DNA from: an uncultured Acidobacteriaceae bacterium
Lineage (GTDB): Bacteria > Acidobacteriota > Terriglobia > Terriglobales > Acidobacteriaceae
Length of the DNA: 64,000 nt
NCBI GenBank assembly: GCA_963844525.1
Contig: CAWJOM010000006.1
Coordinates: 1,368,601 to 1,432,600, forward strand
Reading direction: 5' to 3'
Below, piece by piece: positions 36,631 to 47,900 of this stretch. Under the pieces are notes generated by a model, which made no database searches, was not told where the DNA came from, and was given only the letters and a program-made list of their open reading frames with translations. The position numbers and the translations under genes are program-made. How positions within the stretch are numbered: the first letter of the stretch is position 1; each line of letters begins with the position of its first letter.

Positions 36631-37449
36631 GTGAAGCGGCTCCAAATCATTGCCACGGCTTTTTTTCTGTCGTCCGTAATTCTCCACGCCCAGAACTCTA
36701 CCTACCTCGGTTTCGACCGCAACGACTATCCTGGCGATGCGAATCTCAAAACCCTCCATCGGACTTTTTCCTATACCGGATACTGGCTGAACAATCCTCC
36801 GGAGGCAAAGTCAAACAGTTGGTCCGGTCACCGGGCCGCGGTCGAGTCCGCGGGATTCGGATTTCTCGTGCTGTTCAACGGGCGTCTCTATGCCCAGCTG
36901 AAAACCGTGGCGAACGCCACTCGCCTCGGGCAATCGGACGCGCGGGCTGCAGCGGCCGCGGCCAAACGCGAAGGCTTTCCGCGCGCGACCATCATCTTTC
37001 TCGATCAGGAGCAAGGCGGACGCATGCTGCCCGAGCAAAAGGCTTATATCTATGCCTGGGTCGACGGCGTCACGGCCGCGGGATTGCGCGCCGGAATCTA
37101 CTGTTCCGGCATTCCTGCGGCCGACGATGGAAACGTGATGACGGCCGAAGATATTCAGAAGAGCGCCGGCTCACGTTCAATCACTTATTGGGCGATCAAC
37201 GACGGCTGTCCTCCTGCGCCAGGATGCGCGTTTCCACAACACCCGCCGAGTCCAGCGCAGAGCGGAGTCAGTTTCGCCGAAGTCTGGCAGTTCGCGCAGT
37301 CTCCACAACGCAAAGACGTCGCGGCCCGGTGCACCAACTACAGCCATGATGGAAACTGTTATCCGCCCGGAACAGCTGCCGCACAAGGCCTGCCCATCGA
37401 CGTGAATTCGGCCACTTCGGCCGATCCTTCGCACGGGCGAACGCGATGA
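36631..37449 (+). CDS. DUF1906 (Rv2525c-like glycoside-hydrolase-fold) secreted protein
   Basis: GTG start and signal peptide. LGFDRNDYPG..YTGYWL..GFGFLVLFNG..IIFLDQEQGG..YIYAWVDGV..GIYCSG matches the DUF1906 pattern as I recall it. Confidence 0.7.
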   Translation: MKRLQIIATAFFLSSVILHAQNSTYLGFDRNDYPGDANLKTLHRTFSYTGYWLNNPPEAKSNSWSGHRAAVESAGFGFLVLFNGRLYAQLKTVANATRLGQSDARAAAAAAKREGFPRATIIFLDQEQGGRMLPEQKAYIYAWVDGVTAAGLRAGIYCSGIPAADDGNVMTAEDIQKSAGSRSITYWAINDGCPPAPGCAFPQHPPSPAQSGVSFAEVWQFAQSPQRKDVAARCTNYSHDGNCYPPGTAAAQGLPIDVNSATSADPSHGRTR

Positions 37450-37483
37450 TTTGAAAATTCGTTTCCAGATGGGGGAGGCATTT

Positions 37484-38035
37484 ATGAAGTGCAACCTTAG
37501 GGCGGCGATTCTCCTTGGCTCTCTTGCGACTTGCCTGCTGCACGTTTCAATCATGGCTGCAGAGCAGTCGAAACAAGTGCCCCCAGCGCCGGTTCCGCCG
37601 CAAATTTTCGCGGCGAAAAAAGTGTTTATCGCGAATGCCGGCGGAGAGCAGCCGTCGGAGGGCTCACAATATAGTGGAGACCCTGATCGCGCCTACAACC
37701 AGTTTTATGCTGCGATGAAAACCTGGGGACGATATGAGTTGGTGGAATCTCCCGCTGAGGCGGATCTGTGGTTCGAAATACGATTCACGGCTCCGCCCGC
37801 GTCACGGCCGGTGTCCCAAGGGAACACGCTGGGTACGGCGGAATTTGATCCGCAGTTTCGCCTGGTCATCCGCGACCCCAAGACGAATGCCATACTCTGG
37901 GCATTTAGCGAGCACGCCGACTGGGCCATTTTGAAAGGGAATCGCGACCGGAACTTCGATCTGGGAATGACCCGCATCGTCACGGACGTACAGCGACTGA
38001 GCGCCCAGTCAGACGCCGGCGAGCCGAAAAAATGA
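37484..38035 (+). CDS. secreted hypothetical protein
   Basis: GGAGG RBS before the ATG at 37484. Signal peptide AAILLGSLATCLLHVSIMA. Confidence 0.6.
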   Translation: MKCNLRAAILLGSLATCLLHVSIMAAEQSKQVPPAPVPPQIFAAKKVFIANAGGEQPSEGSQYSGDPDRAYNQFYAAMKTWGRYELVESPAEADLWFEIRFTAPPASRPVSQGNTLGTAEFDPQFRLVIRDPKTNAILWAFSEHADWAILKGNRDRNFDLGMTRIVTDVQRLSAQSDAGEPKK

Positions 38036-38089
38036 CGCGCCGCCGCGCGCGGCTGACCAACTCCGGCGTACGGTAAGATAGAACAATCC

Positions 38090-38524
38090 ATGTCAGACCG
38101 CACTTTTACTCTCGAGGAAGCCAAGTCGCTGCTGCCGGTGCTCGAATCCCTGTTGCGCACCGCGATTGCCGGCAAGAAGGTAATGGAAGAGGTTGAAGCC
38201 GAGCAGCAGGCGCTGAGTCACAAGATTTTTCTGAATGGCGGAACTTTCGTAGACGTTTTGCCCCTGGCCCGGCGCAAGGCGGAGCGCGTCAAGGCCGAAC
38301 AACGGGCCAAGGATGCGCTGGCGGAGATCGACTCCATCGGCGTGCAAGTGAAGGACATCGACATCGGCCTGCTCGATTTTCCCTGCGAGGTCGAAGGCCA
38401 GGTTATTCTGCTGTGCTGGAAGATGGGAGAGAAGTCCATCACCCACTGGCACGGGACGCAGGAAGGATTCGCCGGGCGCAAGCCGATTGATGAGCGGATC
38501 GCTCGGGCCCGAAAAATCAATTAG
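38090..38524 (+). CDS. DUF2203-family protein
   Basis: FTLEEAKSLLPVLESLL ... GLLDFPCEVEGQVILLCWKMGEKSITHWH ... GFAGRKPI. Confidence 0.7.
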   Translation: MSDRTFTLEEAKSLLPVLESLLRTAIAGKKVMEEVEAEQQALSHKIFLNGGTFVDVLPLARRKAERVKAEQRAKDALAEIDSIGVQVKDIDIGLLDFPCEVEGQVILLCWKMGEKSITHWHGTQEGFAGRKPIDERIARARKIN

Positions 38525-38779
38525 CCACTCGCGCCAGCCGAAGGTCCCCGTACTCGTACCCGACACGCAAGGTATTCCTGGCCCCTGACGCCACGCCGGT
38601 AGTCCTTCCTTCCCAACTTTTTCATTCCAAATAGTTTCCTGTCCGAGCAACATGTTGTCAGGTTCGGTGTTTGTAGAGGAGGAAGTAACCACGCCTGAAA
38701 ACGGTTTTTGCGGCACAATAGCCTTTTACGTTTTGCAACCGGTCGGGTTGGCCTTGGGGACAAATTGAGGGGAACGGGA

Positions 38780-39858
38780 ATGAATAGGGAGGGATCCTTC
38801 CTTCGGCGGATGTTGTTGGCCATCATCGTTTTGTCGTTTTCGGTGGCATCGTATGCGCAGATCGGTGTAGGCATTTCGGTCCGCGTGGGCCCGCCTCCAT
38901 TGCCCGTCTACGCGCAGCCGCTCTGTCCCGGGCCTGGCAATGTCTGGACGCCTGGATACTGGGGCTGGCACAACACGGGCGGTTATTACTGGATCCCGGG
39001 AACGTGGGTGGTGGCCCCGTCGGCATGCTGTGGACGCCGGGATATTGGGGTTGGGGCGGGGGGCTCTATGCGTGGCATGCCGGATACTGGGGCCCGCACG
39101 TCGGCTTTTATGGCGGAATTAACTACGGATTCGGCTACAGGGGCGTGGGATTTGTTGGCGGGGAGTGGCGCGGCGGGGCGTTCTATTACAACCGCTATGT
39201 CACCAACGTCAGCGTCACGAGCGTGACGCATGTGTACAACCGAAGCGTGGTGATGAACGAGAGTCCGCTGCTTCAACGGCGGGGAAGGCGGGGTTGAGGC
39301 GCGTCCCACGGCGCAGGAAGAAGCCGCCGCGCATGAGCCGCATACTGCTCCCTTGGCGGCGCAGACCCAGCACGAGCAGGCATGCCAGCCAGAATCACGA
39401 GAACTTCGCGTCTGAGAATCATGGGCGTCCGGCGGTCGCGGCTACAGCAGGCCGGGAGATTTCAGCAGTCATTCCGCGGTCCCGCCCGTTCGGCGGGCGG
39501 CGAATATCATGCCCCGGCCATGTCTCCCCAAGAAGCGCGGGTCGGCTCCACAGCCGGAACGAAGGCGCGTTCCAGCGAGGGATTCCATTCGTTCACGAAG
39601 CCGAGCAACTCGCAGGAATCCGCTCGAACCACCCAGTCGAATCCCCCGAAGGCGAGCAATTCCAAGCCGGCTTCGCAGCACAAGTCGACCCAGCCTCCGC
39701 ACAAGCAGAGCATGCCCAAGGGACAGCACAATAAGCTGAAGTCGGATTGGCACTCAGACTTCGGACCTCGGCCACAGCGCGAGGTTTCAAGGTCGCTGAC
39801 GTCGTTTTTCTGTTGCAAGCTTTCCCCGGCAACCCGTTCTAACCGGGAAGAGTACTAG
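38780..39858 (+). pseudogene. YXWGXW-repeat secreted protein with at least 4 frameshifts as sequenced
   Basis: Signal peptide at the ATG at 38780. WTPGYWGW appears twice. The sensible reading hops frames near 38995, 39255, 39380 and 39455 (fragments 38708.., 39004.., 39165.., 39382..). The 3' end is uncertain. Confidence 0.65.
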
Positions 39859-40017
39859 GCGGCCTAGCTTGGCAGAGGATTGGCAGGGATGGTTCCGCGC
39901 CCGCCGGTCGGGGCTGCGTGTGCGTCCGGAGAAATCTTCTCTGCTACAATTTTTGCAGGTTTGCGATTGGGAAATCGGTTCGGAAATCGAGCAGGCGCGC
40001 CAAGGAGTCTCCACGAA

Positions 40018-40723
40018 TATGTCATCCACGAAGCAAGAATCCGGGTAGCGGGCGCTATTGCCGCACTGGCAATGTTGGCCCTCGCGGTGAGTTGCAAAGG
40101 CTTTTTCGTGAAGCCGAACGCTGACCTCGATCGCCGTCTCGCCGACCAGCCCACCCGCATCCGGACCGGAACGACTAACAATACGGTGCAGACTCGTTCG
40201 CGGTCGGGAACATACGGTAACGACGGCAGCAGCGGCATCCGTCGGTTCATTCGGAGTCCTTACCGGCAACGACCTGACTGCATCGGCGACGATCAGTGCG
40301 AACCGGGACTCAGCGTCACTTCGCTTAGCCACCGGAACTGCAGAACGTGACCGACGTCAGCCACACGATAATCCGTCGAGTCACGTCGGTGCCGACGCCA
40401 CTCACGTTGACCGTGATCGTAAGCTGTGACCCAGTCGAATCAAGCTCGGCGCACCTGGTCAACCAGCAATCCGAGTTACGAATGTCGCTGGCAGATCCCG
40501 CGTCCAGATCGACGCCAGCGGCGCAAACGATGCAACGTTCGGTCGATATTACGACTGTTGCGAATTGGATCTGCAAGCAATACCTCCATTGCGTAACGAG
40601 TTTCGGCGGGCTTTGTAAGTCCCACCGCTGCCAGCGCGCAGATGGCACAGTGACGATCTCCGCCTCGTGCGGGTGCGTTCACGCAGCAGTCCCAGCGCGA
40701 CGATCACCGTGAGCGGCTACTGA
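40018..40723 (+). pseudogene. Ig-like (Big_2-type) lipoprotein remnant, heavily frameshifted
   Basis: Lipobox ALAMLALAVSC. Fragments such as LTSIAVSPTSP, TGTTNNTVQ, ATISAN, TPLTLTV and DGTVTISASCG are scattered over all three forward frames. Confidence 0.35.
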
Positions 40724-40848
40724 GCAGTAGTAATTTCAACTGGAATTGACCCTCGCGTAAGCCGGTTCCTCTTGTCCACGGCCACTCGTAACGTTGTTCT
40801 GCACTGACCCTGAAACTATATGATCATGGGTTACTTCGACGATTCCCC

Positions 40849-41914
40849 ATGTCTGATATACGCTGTATCGGCATTGCCACCGGAGGCGGGGACGCTCCCG
40901 GCCTCAATGCTGTCATTCGCGCCGCTACCAAAGCTGCCATCCTCAAACACCAGTGGAAGGTCATCGGCATTCCCGATGGCTTCGACGGGCTGATCTGGCC
41001 GGAGAAATCATTTGAGCTCACGCTCGACCGGGTCAGCGGAATTCTGCCCCGCGGCGGCACCATTCTTGGCACCACCAATCGAGGCAATCCCTTCCACTAC
41101 AAAACCGAAGAGGACGGCCAGGAAGTGGTGCGCGACATTTCTGACCAGGTCATCGCCAATGCACGCGAGCTAGGGATCGACGCGATCATCACAATTGGCG
41201 GCGACGGCTCGCAGAAAATCGGCCACGAACTTTTCCAAAAGGGCGTGAAGATCGTGGGCGTGCCCAAGACCATCGACAACGACTTGTCGGCCACGGAAAT
41301 TACATTCGGGTTCGACACCGCGCTGCACACGGTCAGCGATGCCATCGACAAGATCCACACCACTGCGGCGTCGCATCACCGCGTGATGGTGGTGGAGGTC
41401 ATGGGGCGAGATTGCGGCTGGATCGCGCTGGCTGGCGGCATTGCCGGCGGGGCGCACATCATTCTGATTCCCGAAATCCCCTTCAGCATTCATGGCGTGT
41501 GTGACTTCATCGCGCAACGTGAGCGCCGCGGCGGCCGCTTCACGATCGTCGTCGTCGCCGAAGGCATCAAGCTGCCGCCCGAGTTGAAAGAGAATCGCTC
41601 ACGGCGGTCCCGTGGGCAACCTTGTAGGCAAGGCGATTTCCCTGATCGCGAATAAAGAGGTACGAGTGAGCGTGTTGGGACATATCCAGCGCGGCGGGTC
41701 GCCTTCGCCCTTCGACCGGGTGCTGGCGACGCGCTTTGGCGTTGCCGCCGTGGAACTGGTTGAGGAAGGAGAGTTTGGCAAGATGGTCGCCCTGCGCGGG
41801 GACTCGATTGTGGCGGTCGATATGGCCGATGCGATCGGAAAGTTGAAGACCGTGCGTCCCGATGGGGAGTTAGTGCGAACCGCCCGCGCCATCGGGATCG
41901 GCTTCGGGGACTAG
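40849..41914 (+). pseudogene. pfkA: ATP-dependent 6-phosphofructokinase, one frameshift as sequenced
   Basis: Fragments 40849..41655 and 41612..41914. GIATGGGDAPGLNA, TIGGDGS, PKTIDND, MGRDCG, then LGHIQRGG in the second frame. The junction is about 41588-41596. Confidence 0.85.
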
Positions 41915-41999
41915 GAAGGGAATTGTTGATTGCTGATTGCTGTAGGGCTGCCGATTTCCTTCAGTTCATCCGCCGCTTCGCGAAGTGACCAGACCGAGC

Positions 42000-42626
42000 C
42001 TACTCTTTCATCACCGCGTCGATGGTGGAATACAGCTGGCTGTTGTCCTTCACCTCGACGTAGGGCCTGCTGGGGTTGCGGCTGCTCACGATGTAAACCG
42101 TGGGCGTGTGGTCGAGCTTGATGGCCTTGCCCAGGTCGCGGTCGGCATTGACCTCAGCCGCGAGTTTTCCGCCAGGATCGAGGACGAAAGGCAAGTCCAC
42201 TTTGTGCGCAGCGCCGAATTTCTCAGCATAGGCGCGCAGGTTCTGCGGATTAATTTCCAGCTGGTTCTCGAAAATATAGTCGCGGAACTCGTTACCCAGC
42301 GCCTTGGAATGAGTATCGAAATAGCGCGCCATCATGGCCGCCTGATACGACCAGTTATGCATGGGCAGCGGGAAATCGTGGCGCACGACCGGGATCTTGT
42401 AGGTCTTCGAGGCCTGTTCGACCAGCGGCGCCGTGCGGCGGCACATGGGACATTGCAAGTCTTCGAACACCACAATGGCGACTTGCGATCCCTTGGGAGG
42501 ACGCAAAACCGAATCCAAGGTGTCTTGGGCCGCGGCAGAAACAGTTGAGCCGGCCAGCGCGATCACGGCCAGGCACGAGGCTACGAATGACAGAACAGCG
42601 AGACGATTACGGAAATTGTTTTTCAT
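42000..42626 (-). CDS. DsbA-like thioredoxin-fold oxidoreductase
   Basis: ORF trimmed to the ATG at 42626 with a signal peptide. CPMC active site (FEDLQCPMCRR). Confidence 0.85.
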   Translation of the reverse strand: MKNNFRNRLAVLSFVASCLAVIALAGSTVSAAAQDTLDSVLRPPKGSQVAIVVFEDLQCPMCRRTAPLVEQASKTYKIPVVRHDFPLPMHNWSYQAAMMARYFDTHSKALGNEFRDYIFENQLEINPQNLRAYAEKFGAAHKVDLPFVLDPGGKLAAEVNADRDLGKAIKLDHTPTVYIVSSRNPSRPYVEVKDNSQLYSTIDAVMKE

Positions 42627-42877
42627 CGGTGTTTGGATGTCTTGTCTAGGACTCTCCACGGAACGACCCACCCATCATTAGACGCAAGAAATGCCGTCCG
42701 GGCAACCTGCAACCTCGATTTCCCACAGGCGGATGTTCTATCTCCATGGTAACCGAGACGAAATCGCTCTGTCTTGAACCCGGGTTGCGGGGTGCATGAG
42801 GCGTAAACCTTCGTGCCGAAACTCACGGCCCGCAACGCGCTATAGTAGAAAGTTCCCGTCTGATTGGTGCGCAAATC

Positions 42878-44107
42878 GTGAACTTGTTGGGCTCATTTCG
42901 TGCGAACTGGCTGGTTCCGGTCGTGACTCTTGCGGCTGTCTTGCTGCTTCCTGGGTGCAGGCGCGGACGTCATCGGGTGCTCGAAGTGGCCTACGTGTCG
43001 GCGCCGCAGGCGGCATTGCGCGACCAGGTTGCGGCCATGTTCAACCGCGTCGGCAACGTGAAAAATGGGGAGCGCGTCGAGGTCCTGGATCGCGAGAAGC
43101 GCTTCGCCCGCGTGCGCACCGCCTCCGGAATCGAAGGCTGGATCGAGCAGAGGTTCCTGGTCGACCAGAAAACCTTCGACGCCTTGCAGAAACTCACGGC
43201 CGGATAATCAAAACGGATCCCGTGCAGGCTCCAGGAGTTCTGCGGAACGAGACCAATCTGCACGTCACTCCCGGTCGCGATACCGAGCACCTGTATCAAC
43301 TGGCGTCGGGTGCGAAAGTCGCGATCCTGAAGCGCGCCACGGCAGAGAAGCAGCCAGGCGCTGCGGCCCCGGTGAAACTACCCGCCCGGCCCGGCGCGAA
43401 GGCCCCGACCGGCCCCGTCCTCGAAGACTGGTGGCTGGTGCGCGACGATCAGGGCCGCGTGGGATGGGTGCTGGCGCGGATGGTCGATGTGGATGTGCCA
43501 CTCGACATCGCGCAGTACGCCGAGGGCCAGCGGTTCGTCGCTTTTTTCCCGCTTGATGAGGTGCCGGACAACGACAAAGGAGTGCAAAAGCAGGTCCCGC
43601 AATACCTGTGCCTGCTGACCGAGCCCCACGACGGCCTGCCCGTACGACTTCGATCAAGTCCGCGTCTTCACCTGGAACACGCGCAAACATCGCTACGAAA
43701 CCGCATACCGCGAGCACGGACTCGACGGCGTCCTGCCCGTGACGATCACGAAGCAGGACTTCGATAAGGAAGGGACCCTGCCGGTCTTCATCCTGCGCGT
43801 CAAGGACGATGCGGGGAACGTGAGCGAGCGCAAATACAAGCTCAACACGCCCATCGTCAGAAGGGTGCTTGCGCCTGGGGAAGTGCCCACCCGAAGCCAG
43901 CTAAAAAGAGGCGAGGCTAGACGGAAAGTCCAGCGGTTCCCGATTCCGGCTGCACCATTCCAAAAGTCATACTATTTCTCGCTGCCTTATACCAATTTCG
44001 GTATCGTAGGCCGGCTCGATATTGTCAACCCATTGAAAACAAATTGTTTGTTCTGCGCCGTTGTTTGGATTGTCACTTGCATTGAATGTCTAGTTCCAGT
44101 GTGTTAA
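42878..44107 (+). pseudogene. SH3-domain lipoprotein with two compensating frameshifts; 3' end uncertain
   Basis: Lipobox LLLPGC. The sensible reading is frame of 42878 until about 43205, then frame of 42796 until about 43635, then frame of 43739. The tail after about 43900 looks non-coding (lower GC by eye). Confidence 0.55.
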
Positions 44108-44318
44108 GAGTGTCTGGTTTGCAGGACAGTTCCGATGAAACCCGCGATAGACGGGTGAGGTAAGAGCGGTAATTTCTTAAGGTGTCCCAGCTCTCACAAT
44201 TGATTCAGAGGATTCAACAGGTTTGCAATTCATCGGATCGCGCGATTTGTTCCCAGAGAAGCCGGTCAAGGCGCTGGTATCCGATTCTGCAGCACCAAAA
44301 TTTCGAAGGAGGCAGGAA

Positions 44319-47300
44319 ATGCGTTTGGAACGTTTCCCCATTGTTTTAGCTGTGCTGTTGACGCTGTCGCTGGCGACAGCCCCTATGTTTGGTCAATCGC
44401 TGACCACGGGAACATCACAGGTACCGTGCTGGATCCCAGCCACGCCGTGGTGCCCAACGCACCGGTCAGTCTGAAGAGCCTTGGACACAGGTTCAGCCGC
44501 ATCCACGACGACAAATTCGACTGGCGGCTACAGCTTCAGCCTTTTGAGGCCAGGGCCGCTATCAGGTCACCGTGAAGCAAGGTGGTTTTGCGGAAGTGAT
44601 TGCAGACCGCCGAAGTGCAGGTCGGCAACACTTCAAAAGTAGATATTGATCTCACGGTCGCGAAGGGCGACCGAGACGGTGGAAGTATCCGGCACGGCTC
44701 CGCTGATCAATACCGAGCCGAGCAACAACACGGCGTACACGCAAGCGGAAGTCGCGCAGTTGCCGAGCGCAGGTGGTGACATCACCAACATCGCCGACAC
44801 GGCCCCTGGTGTAGTGGTCAACTGGAGGGTGGTTATGGCAACTTTACGGTCAACGGCATGCCGGCCACGTCGAACCTGTTCACCATCAACGGCGAAAACG
44901 ACATGGACCCGTACTTCAACATCAACAACTCGGGCGCCATCGAACCTTACGCTGGGCCAGAACGAAATCGGTGAAGCGACCATTATCACCAACCCCTACG
45001 GCGGCCAGTACGGACAGCTTGCCGGCGCCCAGGTCACCTATGTGACCAAGTCGGGCACGCAATGCCTTCCATGGCAATGCGCAGTACTGGTGGAACGGCC
45101 GCTCGCTGAACGCCAACGACTGGATGAACAACAATCGACATGGTGCGCCGCGTCCGTTCTCGAATGCGAATCAGTGGGCGGCTTCGATAGGTGGCCCCAT
45201 CATCAAGAACAAGACCTTCTTCTTTGTGGACTATGAAGGAATGCGTTTCATCCTGCCTAATAGCCCAGGTCTGGATACCCCGACTGCCCAATTTGCCGCG
45301 ACAGTGATGGAAAATATCGGCCCGACTGGCGGCAGCCCTCAGCCGGCCGAGGTTGCGACCTATCAGAAAATGTTCGACTTGTGGGCGGGTGCCAAGGGCG
45401 CAAACCTTGCCGTACCAACTGCTCCTCAAGCCGGCGATTTCTGCAGCAGTCTGGTTTTTCCGGCCAATGTAATGGCTGCAACGGGTTGGGTGCCGGGTGC
45501 TTCTGCCTGCGACCAGACCTTCCGAGGTTCGACATCCGCGCTGGGCAAGGAATATATCCTGGGATTCAGACTTGACCAGAAGTTATCCAGCAACGACAAC
45601 ATGTTCTTCCGCTACAAACTCGACCACGGCACACAGCCGACGACGCTGGATGCCATCAATTCCAATTTCGATGCGCTTTCGCCTCAGCCTTCCTATGACC
45701 TGCAAGCTCAGGAAACCCATATTTTTGGACCGAACGCGACCAACGCCTTCACCGCTACCGCAAGCCACTATGTTGCCCAGTTTGCGCAGGACCCTGCTCT
45801 GGTCGCTAGTACCTTCCCGACAGCAATTATCGTCTCGGGCGGATCGGTCAACTTCAGCAGCTTCAACCAGGCGTATGCGTTCCCACAAGGCCGGAACGTC
45901 ACTCAATACCAGTTCATTGACGACTTCTCCTGGACTCACGGGGTGCACACTCTGAAGTTTGGCGGCAACTTCCGCCGTTACGATATTAGCGACCATAACT
46001 TCTTTTTCAACACCCCGGGAGTCTACTTTGGGTACAACGACAGTGGCCTGCAGGAGTTGGCTAACGGACGCGCTTACCAGTACCGCCAGTCGCTGAACGA
46101 GTCAAGTAATGTCCCGATAGCGCTATGGGGGTTGGGTGTTTACGGGGAGGACGATTGGAAAGTCTCACGCAACCTGAAGCTGACCTTAGCACTACGCGTG
46201 GAGCACAGCTCCAACCCAGTCTGCCAAACGGATTGCCTGGCTAATTTCAAGGGACCGTGGTCGAGCTTGGCGTCCGTGCAGTCTGCGGCCGCCGGAAACG
46301 ACCCAGGGGACACTGTCTACAGCGCCGACATTGCCTACAACCAGCACAAGGCTTTTCAAGGGATCGACGCGCTCAGTTGGTCGCCACGCTTCGGCTTCAG
46401 CTGGGATCTTCTTGGGACCGGAAAGACCGTGTTGAGCGGTGGTGTCGGGCTCTTCTACGACACGACCGCAGCTGGATTGGTGGACGACCTGCTAGGCAAC
46501 CCGCCTGCGGCCGTCGCCCTCCGTGTACGTGGGACCGCCGGAGTTGGCGTGCTGCCGTTCGATCCGGCTGGCGCGCCAGCTACCTTTGCGGCTTCTTCAG
46601 CAGCGTTCAATATCAACGAGAGTTTCAACACCATCTACACGAACCTCCAAGCTCTGGGCACTGCGTTCAACCCTCCAGGGGTTAGCGCCTTGGTGGGCAC
46701 CATGCACACTCCGCAGTGGCAGGAATGGAACCTGTCGGTCCAGCAGGAACTCAACCGCACTTCGGTGCTGACTGTCAGCTACGTTGGGAACCACGGTGTC
46801 AAGATTCCGTATACCAACGCTTGGGCGAATGCCTACGATCCCTATCAGGTATACCCGAGTAGCGTCGTTCCCTTTTCGCCCTACGAGAACAATTATGGAA
46901 CGGTCACGCAGGTTCAGAGCGGGGCAGTTTCCAACAACAACGGTCTGACTTTCAGCTACAGGAAGCAGTTCTCCCACTGGGTTTCGGCTCATGCCAACTA
47001 CACATGGGCGCACAACCTTGACGAAGTCTCCAACGGCGGCATTTTCACGTACGGGGACTCGCTCCTGGGACAGATCAACCCCACCAGTCTTCGCGCCGCG
47101 AACTACGGCAACTCGGATTATGACGTTCGGCACAGCTTCAATGCCGATTTCGTCGTCAATCCCGAGTTCCACGTAAGTGGCGCGATGAGGTGGATTGCGA
47201 ACGGTTGGCAGTTTTCGGGCAAGTGGTTCTGGCGGTCCGGCCTGCCCTTTTCGGTTGTGGACAACAATTGGAACGGAGCGGTCCAGAACGGTGGATCCAC

Positions 47301-47751
47301 AATTTTGGCTCAGCCTCTCGTCGGCGGCGTCGCCCCCGGATTGGGCAGCTGCGGTGGATCAAACGCGACCGCAAACCCAGGCGCCTCGGGCGGTCCAGCT
47401 CCCTGTTTGGACGGTAATGTGTTCATTCAGAGCGCGGACGCGTCGTTCACTGGCTTTAACGTATGGTCGCCGCAGCGCCGCAATCAATACCACGGAACGC
47501 ATTTCTTCGACATCGATTTGAACCTCTACAAGAACTTCAAGTTCACGGAGAGACTCAACTTTGCCGTCGGAATTCAGGCGTTCAACGCATTTAACCACCC
47601 GAACTTCGGCAATCCGGACAATGGCTTCGGAGACCCAGGCTTCGGACAAATCTCGACCATGACCGGAGTCCCGACAAGCCCATACGGCAATTTCCTGGGC
47701 TTCGATTCGTCTCCTCGTGTGGTGCAGCTCTCCGGCAAGATTGTCTTCTAA
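44319..47751 (+). pseudogene. CarboxypepD_reg / TonB-dependent outer-membrane receptor; 5' 0.8 kb multiply frameshifted
   Basis: AGGAGG RBS and signal peptide at the ATG at 44319. The N-terminal pieces (ITGTVLDPSHAVVPNAPVSLKS, GGYSFSLLRPG, YQVTVKQGGFAEV, TETVEVSGTAPLINTE, GNFTVNGMPATSNLFTINGE) lie in alternating frames. 45124..47751 is an intact 875-aa barrel ending in F. Confidence 0.8.
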
Positions 47752-47780
47752 TTTATGCCGGAGAAAAGATGAACCTGATC

Positions 47781-47813
47781 AAGGCCGGCCGAATGGTCGG
47801 CCTTGTTTTTTTT
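47781..47813 (+). terminator. rho-independent terminator
   Basis: AAGGCCG (47781-47787) pairs with CGGCCTT (47798-47804), followed by GTTTTTTTT. Confidence 0.7.
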
Positions 47814-47900
47814 CGGGTACAACTCGGCAGTATGGATTTCGCGCATATGTGTCACCGGGAGTCAACATCTTCACCATCTGATCTATCGGAGGCGGACTTT

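Noticed and set aside
43910-44318. Cobalamin riboswitch upstream of the TonB-dependent receptor
   Set aside because: I could not find a B12-box (..GCCACTG..) or the conserved GGGAA/CGGTGAAA blocks in the 400-nt leader.
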